Shown: one piece after another, positions 1 through 11,600 of the stretch
Position numbering within the stretch: the stretch's first letter is position 1
Layout: every line of letters begins with the position of its first letter
Source: Ramazzottius varieornatus
Lineage: Eukaryota > Animalia > Tardigrada
Direction: 5' to 3'
DNA length: 64,000 nt
Assembly (NCBI GenBank): GCA_001949185.1
Contig: BDGG01000010.1
Coordinates: 815,773-879,772, forward strand
Program-made: the position numbers and the translations under genes
The notes under the pieces: generated by a model
What the model saw: only the letters and a program-made list of their open reading frames with translations
Database searches by the model: none
Told to the model about the DNA's origin: nothing

Positions 1-129
1 GTTGTTACTGTTGTTACTGCCTTTCACTTACTTTGCTAATATGCAGCGAGCCTAAGAGAAGTACAAAACCCGAATCGATGCAACCACATGCACGATCAAA
101 ACGAGACCCCGTTTTCTTCGTCTTTCCAG

Positions 130-2060
130 ATGTGGCTGCGAGGTTGAAAAGGCTGGCCACGACGGTAGTTCTCGAGCGTATCCACATCGCCCCAGTGGAC
201 GTTTACCTGTCCGTCCACGCCTCGCTCAAGATGTTCGTGGCATTGGACAAGACTTCGCTATCTTTCAATGAGATCGAACTGAACGATATCAACTCTACCG
301 TAGCGGAAGTCTGGAACTTTGTGGCTATGCACTACATCAAAGGGACCCTTCTCCGTGCTGGCTGGGTTATTGGCTCCATGGACCTTCTGGGGAACCCCGC
401 CAACCTACTTCGATCCCTCACTTTCGGTTGCAGCGCTCTGTTCGTCCGACCGTTCAGCTCACTGCATGCTGGCCCCGTATCCTTCCTCCAAGGTGAGTTT
501 ACTCTTTGGGAGGTTAAAACGAAGCGTACATGATCGCTACCTCAAGTGGCGCAACTTATCGCTGTCACTGGCTGAAAGCGTGCGCCAATTGGGAAAACGG
601 TCTTTTACGTCTCGTTTGCCGGCTTCTTCTTTGTGTCTCAGCAGTCTTACCCACGAGATGTACTTTCAGGTCTGGCTGAAGGAGCTTCGACATGTTTGAC
701 CAAGATTTCCGCCGGGACCATTTCGTCCGTCACCAATTTGGCCGAGAGTGTCTCGCGGAACCTTGATAGGGTATCGTTGGACGATGAGCATGTGCAGAGA
801 AGGATGGCTGCGATGTATAGACATCCAGAAGGTCTTGGAAGTGGTTTGAAGCAAGGTTGGTAAAACGGGGGGTTCACCACTCTGTGTATGGCGGGGCAGT
901 TGTGACTAGCATGGTTTTTGTAGGTCTCAGTGTCTTCGGGATGGGATTGCTGGGTGCGGTGGCTGGTTTAGTGGACCAGCCCATGCAGGCAATGCTTCAG
1001 CCGTCTTTGACGCCCAGTCAGTACTTGACAGCCTTCATGTTGGGAGTGACGAAAGGAGTGGTGGGAGCCTTGTCCAAGCCGGTAGCTGGAGCTGCCAGCT
1101 TAGTTTCACAGACCGGCCAGGGTATGTATCCCAGACCTCCGGACTTTTCCGGACAGAAAAATAGAAAGTTGTTCAGGACGCAGTGGATAATTAGGTTTCC
1201 TGACGTTGGAAGATCATAGCTTTGAAATCATGATGAAGCTGCATTATTTTTTGACGCTGTAAACAACCGTAACCTTCGCCGATTTTTTCGACGTTCTACG
1301 TATGGTGTGGTGTTTTTGTTTATAAACTTCGAGCCTTTTCGCTGGTTGTGGAGATAACTTTTAATGAACCCGTCGACAGGGAACATACGCACTATCAATA
1401 ACGGTGCGCTATCTTTTCAGGAATATTGCGTGGTCATGGTCTACTAGACTTCCCTCCACGACGCTTCCTAACCGAGCCAAAGCTGGCGGCCGGTTTCCCA
1501 GAGTCCACGTTGAAGTACATTTGGTATGTGAAAATGTGCCTTAATATGCGGCAGCCCGGAATAACAGCTTCACTTACTTTGACAGGAAAGTCGCTCCGCT
1601 ATTGCCGAACACCGTTCGCACACTATGTGTCGTCCAAGCCGTCCCGATCGTTAGAGAGTTCGACCAAAGCTCTTCCGACACCGTCTGCCTGTTCCTCACT
1701 GACAGCGCTCTGTTCGTGATCAGCTCTACCGATGATGAATTCCGTCAAGCATATTCCCTGTCCAAACTGAGCATTCACCTGTCACGCCCTGTCAATCATC
1801 CTGGCGCAGACGATGTCATGCAAGTTACCTTGCTCGTCGAACCCGATCCCGGTGAGACCGTAACCACCGCCGAGGACTTTGATGGAGAGACCTGGCCGTG
1901 GAGTCAGAAACCAGAGAAGACTGTACCTTCCAGGCCGCATTCTTCAAAGTCTGGTTCAAGTCACATGAGTGGTAACTATTGTAAGGAAAGTTATTTCCTA
2001 GAGTGGAAAGATGCCAGGCTCTTTGAAGAAGTGTTCCTGGTAGCAAAAGGCTACATATAA
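130..2060 (+). CDS. VPS13B: VPS13B-like lipid transfer protein, C-terminal exons (5' part lies outside the window)
   Basis: Exons ~130-492, 670-855, 924-1121, 1421-1523, 1586-2060 with GT-AG borders. Motifs HYIKGTLLRAGWVIGSMDLLGNPANLLRSL, GVVGALSKPVAGAASLVSQTGQG and a terminal PH-like segment match the VPS13B C-terminus. Stop TAA ends at 2060. Confidence 0.9.
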
Positions 2061-2378
2061 GAAATCCGTTTTGTGATCTTTGGCTGCGAGGCTTTATGTG
2101 GTGGGAAAACTTTGTCGAGTCGCACATAGCGCTTTTGATATAGATGTTCTGACAAGATTCGTCTTGGTTTTTCGATTGTATCGGACCATATTCCTTTTAT
2201 GCGAAAACTCCTGTGGCGTACTGCGAATTTTCAAAGAGCTGAAAACACCGAAGGTTGACTCGCCCAAGTCTCCGTCGGACGGCCACTCCAAACTGTCCCA
2301 AAGTCTTGCGAAAACTATATCATTCTGAAGCAAAATTTTTAAATTATCAACACCAGTGCAGCGAAAATCTAAAAAAGT

Positions 2379-2450
2379 TGACCACGATGGGGGTCGAACC
2401 CACAATCTTCTGATTCGAAGTCAGACGCCATGCCATTAGGCCACGCGGCC
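2379..2450 (-). tRNA. tRNA-Arg (anticodon TCG)
   Basis: Minus strand reads GGCCGCGTGGCCTAATGGCATGGCGTCTGACT-TCG-AATCAGAAGATTGTGGGTTCGACCCCCATCGTGGTC: cloverleaf with A and B boxes. A T6 Pol III terminator follows immediately (A-run at 2371-2376 on +). Confidence 0.95.
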
Positions 2451-2586
2451 ATTGTTACACTGCTTGCGCTTTTAATTCTCACGATATGACCGTCGATCAT
2501 TCAGATTTCGTCTTATCGATCTGCGGTTCGCCCTTTTAATCAACGCGGTTGTTGTCAAGTCACAGGTATCAACTAAATTTCAAGGT

Positions 2587-4696
2587 CTACATGAATCGTT
2601 TAGGCGGCACTTGGTAATCGTTCCAGATGACGCCACGCTTTTGCAGATCCTGGTACCACCGTGCGTGGGATACTTGTCTGCATACTTCTTTGTGATGGAA
2701 GAAGTCCGAGTCCAGAGACCGCACCTTCACCATGTCTTCCACTGTCATGTGCACCCAACGGGGACACTCCATTAGCTGCTGCATATAAATCTTTCGCTTG
2801 TAGAAATCGAAATTCAGCCACCGCAAGGCCGCTTCATAGATGTCCACTTCCGACTGGAAAACCGAACCGCCCGATGAGCACGTACTATCCCAATCCAGTA
2901 GACCAGTCAACGTGAATTCTACTACGCTTACCCGAATTTGGATATAGTCACTGCACATGATGGTGTACACTTTCTCGGGAGATTCTAAACATGGATGAAA
3001 GCATGCCAGGTTAACCGGAACAGTTGCAAATGTTTCAGTGCAGTTCCGGCTTACGTTTAGTCCAGTTCGGGTCTCTGGCTGCGACGTAGAAAGCGTCAGG
3101 TCTAGAAAGAGGCAACCATTGAAGTCAGAATCGAGCATGTTGGCGGACATATTGTCAGGTGCAATGTGGAATGGCGTGTTCGCTTACTCGAAGGCAGGCG
3201 GAGGTGGAGGTATCCTGATCAGGACGATCTTCTTCCTCTCCTTTTCATCCATCTCTTCCTTCTCAATCTGCTCGACCAACGCATCGGCGCTGCTCTTTCC
3301 GCCCAGTTTGACGGCAGCTTGCTTGGCCAATGTCGCCACTTCCTCGTTGGTCATCTCGACGTTGGAAGACATCTCCGAGGTCTTTTTGACCAGAGCAGCA
3401 GGACCTAAGCCTCGCAGTTTACGCTCCTTCTCCTTCTTCAACGCTTCTGTTGGATTTTGACGAACTGGTGGAAGATCGCCGGCGTGTTCCAGCGGAGCCC
3501 TTGCGATAAATTTCAGCAGGAACTTAACGTTCAGCTGTTCCGCTAACTAGAACAGCGCAAGAAACCGAAGAAAATTGCATAGGTCCATTCACGACGTTCA
3601 CGATCCGCAGTTTGTATTGCTCTGGTTCTGTATAGCTGTATCTCGACAAAAGAAGTTAATATTACCTTTTTTATGTCACAGCCATATTTGCCCAGTTTGA
3701 TTCTTCCGGTGTACATCCATTTGAAGACTCTTTTGACCGCCCTGGCCTGGACACGTATCCGACCAAGATCAGTCATGATATTATAGACTTCCGGAGAATT
3801 GTCCGGGGCGCTGTATAAGTCGCACAAAATGGCTGAAAAGCTGGCAAAGACGATTTTATGGCCCATAACTGTGACGCCGGATATCTCCAGAGAGCAATCC
3901 CAACCGAACTCTTCGCGATACTGTATGTATAAGTTCCTTCCCAATTTCACCGCTACAATCGAAAAACAAATAATTATTACATATTGTGAGACTAATCGAG
4001 AGTGGTCTTTACCCTTTGTTTAGAGCGCCACTTGCCATGATCGCCAAGTTCTTGCATAGTGTATCCGAGGACGCCGCGTAACTGCAGAACTTCCGCCTTG
4101 CTGTACCGTACATGTCCGAAAACCTTGTCGAGAGGAATCTGGGATATCCGTACTGCAGGAATTTCGACAACTTTGGGTACTAAGGCTCCTTGTGACTCGC
4201 TTAGTGGCATAGGTTCTTCAAAGAGATCCGTCGGTTGAATGGGAGGTGCGTCCATCACGATGGAGCCCGCGGAAGCTCTTCTCTTCGGTCTGTGATTGAA
4301 TACAATATTCAGCGTTTCCTACCGAGATGCACAAGTGTTACTTCATATCCTCATCGTAACGTCGAAGAAAAATGGTTTGAGAATTTTCAGACACGATGTA
4401 TGTCTTTAGTCTCGTGATTTCTAATGGGTGGGGTGTGACTGATTACACTGTGCTAGAACAATGCGTGAACAATCCGTTGGTTGGACAAGATCACCTAAAG
4501 CCATTCTAATTACCTGTGAAGCAGACTTATTTAGAAACATTCTGGTATTCTCCAAAGCTTCCTCCAGCTCTGCTGGTTCCTCCAGGAAGAAATTGTCTGG
4601 ATCGACCCTGTTATCCTCGGGGCCGGTAGCTTCATCGATACCGATATGTGGCTTTGGCTTCCTGTGATGCACCGCATTCTTTAGTTTACCCAACAT
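2587..4696 (-). CDS. BTB/POZ-BACK domain protein without Kelch repeats (multi-exon; 5' end uncertain)
   Basis: BTB motif DCSLEISGVTVMGHKIVFASFSAIL...VFKWMYTGRI (ORF 3543-3950). BACK motif QSEVDIYEAALRWLNFD...LMECPRW (2587-2900). The ORFs at 3992-4258 and 4421-4696 (CAG|GTAATT donor near 4513) are probable 5' exons. Confidence 0.7.
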
Positions 4697-5702
4697 GGTA
4701 AAAACTTAAGAGAAAAAACAACGATAAGTCCAGTAAGTCAGGTAAACGAAAATGAAAATTATACTTCAATTATGTGATTATAACGCTATCCCTTTCTCAA
4801 AATACTGGACCGGTAAATACACCGGCCTCACCGAAGGAAGATACGCCGTTCTCTGCTGTGAAAAACGTGGGTTGAATAACCATGGGAACTCCAGCAAGTC
4901 TACTCTACTCAATCAAACCTACGTAAGAAACAGACACAAATTTGAACCAATTGCAACCGCTGCTTTTTTTCAGGGACTCCTAAATGGATTACGTCATGAA
5001 TTGGGAAATTAGAGCAAAAAACTGCAGACTATGCACTTGACTTGCCTCATTGGGCCATTTATACGGGAAGGATAAGATCTGCAGGGTTGAAGGTTTGACA
5101 TCGCTTAGGCTTATCAGTCTAATGGAGGTTTCCTTGGCGGAAGAGAGCGATTGCGAGGTCGTTAGCGGAGAAAAAAGCTTCAAAGCTCGCTGACAAGGGT
5201 CCTGACGATCACACACTGAGTACCGACTCAGTACCGAATCAGCCGGTTGACTTGCTTGCCTGGGCCAATGGGCGCGAAAGACCACGGCAAAAGTGGGCTA
5301 AACACGGTAAAGAGCACCCGCCACAATGTACATGCTATCGGGACCACTTTTGTCAGGACCATCCTGATTAATGGCTGTTCTCGTAATTTTGCTGCCATGT
5401 TGTAAAGTAGCCAAGAGCACACATAAACCCCACACTGTCAAATATTTCAATGAGCCTTGGCTCTTCAGTCTCCATCGAACGACCATAAACGCGAGACGCC
5501 AAAGCATTTGCCTACCAGAATTCGGAGAAATAATTTTAATATGAAAATTCTTTCCGACAAATCTTTATGGAGCCATTCAGGATTCTTTGGACGTTCTGAC
5601 AAAGCCAGACATGATATTATCTTTTGTTTCGGGCATTTTGCTACGATTTCAATAAACACTGTAGAGTGTGCGAAGTTGAGCAATCCTGAAGCTACAGTAG
5701 TA

Positions 5703-5743
5703 CTAGCTAGTGGTCCTGACCACTGAGAAGGCCGATCGAGCAG
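5703..5743 (-). mobile_element. Helitron-like 3' terminus (hairpin + CTAG|T), copy 1
   Basis: Minus strand reads ...CAGTGGTCAGGACCACTAGCTAG|T. A near-identical ~40 bp occurs at 48736-48772. Confidence 0.45.
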
Positions 5744-8648
5744 TTAGTATTATCCGATTAACTGGCGCATCTTTTAACAAAATAGAGTGTGTGGTAAAGC
5801 CATGACTGAACATTCTGATTAGCACTGAAATCCTGGGACTTATAAAGGCCTCGCTCGCTCGGACTGAGGAAGGTCTGATTTCCGGCTCGTACGATCGTAT
5901 CCTTCGGGTAGGTGATCTTTCTGAAGATGTGAATGAATATTGGCTGGTTCAATAGAGTAGGAAATGGGAGAACGTTCCTGATGTTTCATTCTTGAATGGT
6001 GCAATTGAGTAGATTCGTTTAGCCTTTGCCATGGGTTTTAAGGCTGTATGCGCGCCGGAAGAAGGAGACCATTACATGTGCACGTGCAGTCTGTGAATCT
6101 ATCTAAGGAGCAATCTTTTTAAAAGTCACACATGAATGAAGTTATATAGATTTGACAGTGACAAAAATTCCCGGGAGATTTGCGACCAAGCGCGTCAGGC
6201 AAAAAAATGAAGGCTCAGTGATCGTTATGATCAACATTTTTGTCCCAGCTAATGACTTTTTACAGTGTCCCACTGAGGAATAGGCCACTTCCACTAGCAG
6301 TCAACCAGTTCTACTGCCACATTGCCAACATAAAGGCGTAGCCCAAAATATCGAACTTGACTTGACAGTAACTCCCACGGCTTCCGGTATTGCTTGCTTG
6401 TTCTCCCTATTTTTCCCCGAAACGTAGTTCAGAACAAGCACACTGTAAATTTCTAGAAAAATGCGGTGAATCTGTTTTGGACCTTGCATCGTTTGGTCAA
6501 TTCACATAACCTTCGATCTCCGATGACGTGGCTGGAGTTTGGAAGTGAGTAATTAGGAAAACAAGGAACTGCTTGATGGTTTTCACGTTGGACGTTAATA
6601 AACCCAGATAAACATTTTCTGACGTCAGATCACTCTTCTGTGTGTACTGGAGTCTAAGCGTCTGTAGACCTCATGTCTTGGAGCATTACATTCGTCCCAC
6701 ACAGACGTCCAAACTATTGTGCAAATGCATGATGTCACTGATGTGTCGCAGGCCGGGTCTCCGTCTTCACGGACAAAAGCAAAGAGGCTCGACTGCATGC
6801 AAAATTATCTTTGCATGCATTTCCGGCTTTCCCGCCGTCTCAAAGACAACAACGTCAAGCGATCTCTTCCGTCCACGCTCGCTGGAGAAAAAGGGGAGTA
6901 TTCCCAATGCGCTTCAACGCGAGTCTCAACGCCGAGCGTACAGCTCTCTGTTCGACGCTCTTTGCATCTCCATCAACACGATAACTCGAAATAGTCCCTG
7001 TGCTCTCTTTGGCTGCGAACTCTATAGCTTGTCGAAAGCCACGTTAAGCATATCGGACTTGAAAAGCGACGCAAAGTTTCCCGGTCGTCAACATGTCCAC
7101 GCAGTTTGAGCCCAAGATCCGACTATACCCTGCCCTGGTTGACGACCTATCTTGATCAGGGCGCAGTGAGAATTTTATCCCTCTCGGCCTACTCTCCTGG
7201 TCAATGCTTTCCTCATTCCATCTGCATTAAGGACTTGGCCCAAAATACATCCATAAATTTTACGACTCCTATGCACGCCGTCGATCCCACTATTCACCCT
7301 GTACTACTCATGCACCGGCGTACCGTACATATACACAGCCGAGTTCTACTTCGATCCGTACGTAACTGCCATCGCGTGCCACGTACGTCGTTCAAAATGT
7401 CATTCCGAAGTCAAGATAAAGTTCTTCTTCTTTAGAATGTACAGTGAAAGAAAGGCCAGTTGCATGCACGACATTCCGGGAAAACTTGGAGAGCGAGCTT
7501 CCGCGTCTCTGAAGCTGAGTACACCATACATGTGGGATAGCGCGTACGCGTTGGGCAAGCTGACTGCCACTGGGCGCGCTGGCTAATGTCAAGACCTCTT
7601 TTTCGGGGTCTCCGTCGTGTACTAGGCATCTGTCTGGAGAACAGAGGCGAAGACAGGACTCATGACTCACTGCACAGTCTGTAGTACATCAAATGTCAGT
7701 TAAGTTTTCTTGAGCGATCCTTCTAACCGGCGATATCGCTCCCCTCGCTCCGCGCTCCTGAGCCTCCCTCCACTATAGATATATGTATTCCGGGGTGATA
7801 AATATCAGTGCAATGGCGTGCCGCGATCTTTGCTCAACTGTCTCTTGGTTTGATCAATAGGGCTGAAACCGTCCGGACACGTCAATGTCGTTTCTTCTTA
7901 AAGTAATGGTAGTACTGTATGTCTAACTTGTAATAACCGTACACGCAAAGACTTGCCGCGTGCCGACATTCAAAGATTGAGCGGCAGTTGTCGGAAGCGA
8001 AGGAAGATATAGCCAGTAGTCCTCTATAAACTCTGTGATGCTCTCCGTCTGCCATCATACATATGCAGATATATTCCGCGCCGGCCACACGAAAGGATCT
8101 CCGCACCATCCATCGCCACCTAATTAAGACAAAGCGATGCTTCAAGTATCCCTCAGCAGAACGTGCAGGTGTGCACGAACCGGCTCTGTTACCTCTACTC
8201 GCGAGATGAACCTCGCGGATTAAATATTTGCACACCCAAAGGAATATATCCTACATCCAATATGCTGATCCTTGTTTCTGCTCGATCTTCACAGGTCGAT
8301 TGTCGGTCCATCGATGTATCGATGCTTTCTTGAAAATATTGGAGATCGGCTCCATATGACATGATACTCAACACTCACTTTTTTCCTTCATCGATAGCGT
8401 GTCCATGGGACTTTGAAGTATCGGGTTATCACTTGCATTGTGTGTAAATTTTCCTCTTGTGAGTACTTTTTTGCTGATTTATTTATTATCTTTATTCCCA
8501 CATGAACCGGCATTGTTGGCCATTGTTCGGTGAAGTGATGATCCAGCTTCATGTGCCACGGATATTGCTCACTCGACGCCGGGCACTCTTACGGCTGGTA
8601 TAGCGAAGCTGTGCGGCTAGCCGGAGAACCAGTCCTCGTGCCGGCAGA

Positions 8649-11600
8649 ATGCGCAAGTTTTCGGCCAATGATAAATGCCAGAAATGCAAATATTACTGCA
8701 AGAAGTTTATAGCCTTTTTGTTTTCCCATATTGGCTTGTGTGGCCTTGTCGTCGCATATGTGATATTAGGAGCCATTTCCTTCTCCTACCTGGAGGTTAG
8801 TTTTTGCACCGCGCGAGGTTTCTACTGCCCGCGATTGGCTGCGGAGACCTATTGACCGTTTACTGTAATCTCGTCGGCTGGCGTCAGAACACTTGTAGAG
8901 ATTCTCTAAGTTTCCCATCCGTATTTCCCAGCACAGACAATATCCGCAGGGACTTCATGTGATTGCCTTTGGCCCAGTTTGTTTTCTTCCTGTTTTACTT
9001 CTTACAACTGCTCTGTTTATCTGAAGTCCAGGAGAAGTAGAAGGATCGGCTTTTTCCCGATAACTGGTTGAATTCTAATGAGTTCCCGGCGGGTTCTTGG
9101 GGAATTGTTTTTGGAGCGTAGGAAATGATGTTTGTCTAGCTTAAAAGTTTTATTGAGTGTAACATTGATTGAATAGGCTGTTTGCACAGATAGGAAGAGC
9201 ATGTTTTGCATATTGTGTAAAATGGGGTTCCCAGTGTCTGTTGACATAGGACAATGGCATCCGTAGCTGTCAGCCTTGTAGACACAGGACTTGAGCCATG
9301 CGCCTTTTCTTTACAATGTTATTTTCCGGGTCGTCATCTACTGATTCTACTCTTCTCTGATTACAGGCCGACTACGAAAGAAACGTCAAGCTAAGGGTGC
9401 AGGAGCTTCATAACCGGACCGTGGAAGAACTATGGAATACAACTTGTGCCAATGCGCCCATGGCTGATCTTGACCTCCAGGTACTCGACAGCCCATACAA
9501 ATCAAGTCAAATCACAAGGAGAAAACAAATCAGGAATCAAAAACAGAAACGCTAAAATTTCGAAGAGGATTGTATCACAGTTCGTATCTATGTGCGGTAA
9601 CGCAAATGAACTCAGGGACGCACCGACAAGCGCGTCAAAGAGAGAGGGTTGTCTTTTCTTCATAAGGCACCGGTTCCCTGGAATCGGATCTTCCGGTCGT
9701 AGGGAGAAGCTTTTCCAGTTGGGCTTTATGCTGTGTTTTGTACATAGGAAAACCCCGCGGTGAACATACGCAATGATATAGCGGATAGTCGCAGTTGGAA
9801 GAACCGGATATTGGACCAAGCAAGAAGAGAAGCGACCTTGGATTTATGGAATATCACCCTGGAAATGAATGTCCTCTTTGAGAAGAACTGGACCGCGCTA
9901 GTCAACGAGCGGATACTGCAATATCAGAACCAATTATTGGACATTTTATTAAACGATTCGATGGAGTTAAATAACGTTACGTCCTTTCCGGGCAACTATC
10001 CCTCCAATGATACGACATATGGCAGTGAGGGCAAGGAGTCGGTGCGGACCAAACTGTACAGCTTCGAGAAGCAAGTCCTGCAGGAAGTCAGACAGCATGG
10101 ATATGATGGGGACGATGATGCTTCGGAAGCCGGCACGGTCCAATGGTCCGTTGCTGGTGGACTCTTGTACTCCCTCACCGTCATTACCACAATCGGTAAG
10201 AGCTTCACTCGTGTACCTAATTTCCGCATTGTTCAATTTCCGGAACTCGTATGTGATCCGTCCGTGATTCTCCTGATGCTGAGATCTAGTGCGCCAATTA
10301 GGTTAAACACTGTAGGGAGAGTATGCCAATTGATCGGACGGAGTACCGTGCTCTAATATTATGGTGCTAGCGGCTATTATGGAGTATATATTTCTAGTGG
10401 TTGCATATGTGTATGGCTTGTACACGATAGCATGTCGTTTTTGTGTGATTGATCTGATTCCAGACAAACAGAAAATGTATGGGCCTTTAGAGCTACTTAG
10501 CTTTCAACCTATTGGCACCTCGCCATTATCGACAAATTTATACTCCCGCTAAACACGCACCCGGCTTCCATATGAGCAGTGGCACAGCCGGAAACCAGGA
10601 TAACAAGGGCACATGCACTACACGGGGTTTCATGGCGGAGAACCGGAAATAGGCTGCATTTTATTGGTAGTTCCGTGTACCTAGGCCCGTAGTGCGACCT
10701 CCTGTCACGGTGTGCTTAGCCTGAATCTTCAAAAGATCAATCGTCTGGTGACAGAAAATATTGATATCACTAATGCTGAACAAACAAGCTTACAATTAGG
10801 TCGATTAAAGATTAAACGGATCGATTTCGGCTGTAGGATTTATCTTCATGGTACTTGCTCGCTATCGGATTCGTGGTCATAATGTATTCCGCCAGGAGAA
10901 AAGTCCGGTGATTTGGCAAGACCATCTTCAGAAATGCGTAATGAAACCGAAGACGAGTATGGTTCTCGTCACTCGAGAACCAGACAGAAGTTTATAGTGC
11001 TAATAACTGTCACTCGACCTTTTCTAACCAGATTTCGCCTGCGACGACTGATGCCAGCCAGACGCTGCCAAATGCATCTTCTTTTTACGCATTTTGGAAT
11101 ATTTCTGAATATGTGGAGTTGCCTGTCCTGATGGTCCTTTGACGTCACGGCCCAGTTCGTGGCTCTTCATCACACTGCCAAGCTGTGAGGAGAAGCGACA
11201 TTTCGGCATGCTGAGATCGTATGCTCTTTAGCTGTGTATTGCTGGTGTGGGTCCGATCGGCATCGAACGTTAAGTGCAGCGGATCGGCTTGCTTTTATCT
11301 ACTTTAGGGACACGGAGGGAAACATGTTCGAGTACCATGACTTGCGTAAACGCAAAGAGATGAACTGCTTATCATAATTGGATAAAATGGTGCCACATGT
11401 CAGCAAGGGAAGGCAAAGACAAACTTTGTTATAGGTCAACTGTCTTCTTTTGGGGAGCGCGCTCGGTCTGCTGCCAAAGCCGGGCAAAAATGGAGGAAGA
11501 TGTATGCCTGATGGACTGTCAAAGATTTGCAGATCGACGAGTGAAAACCTGCACATACCGTATCAAGGCGTCATTAGGGGAATACGATGTTGCGTTTGAG

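Noticed and set aside
6642-7435. ORFs upstream of the K2P gene as a separate gene or extra 5' exons
   Set aside because: No recognisable domain, and I could not establish a splice path.
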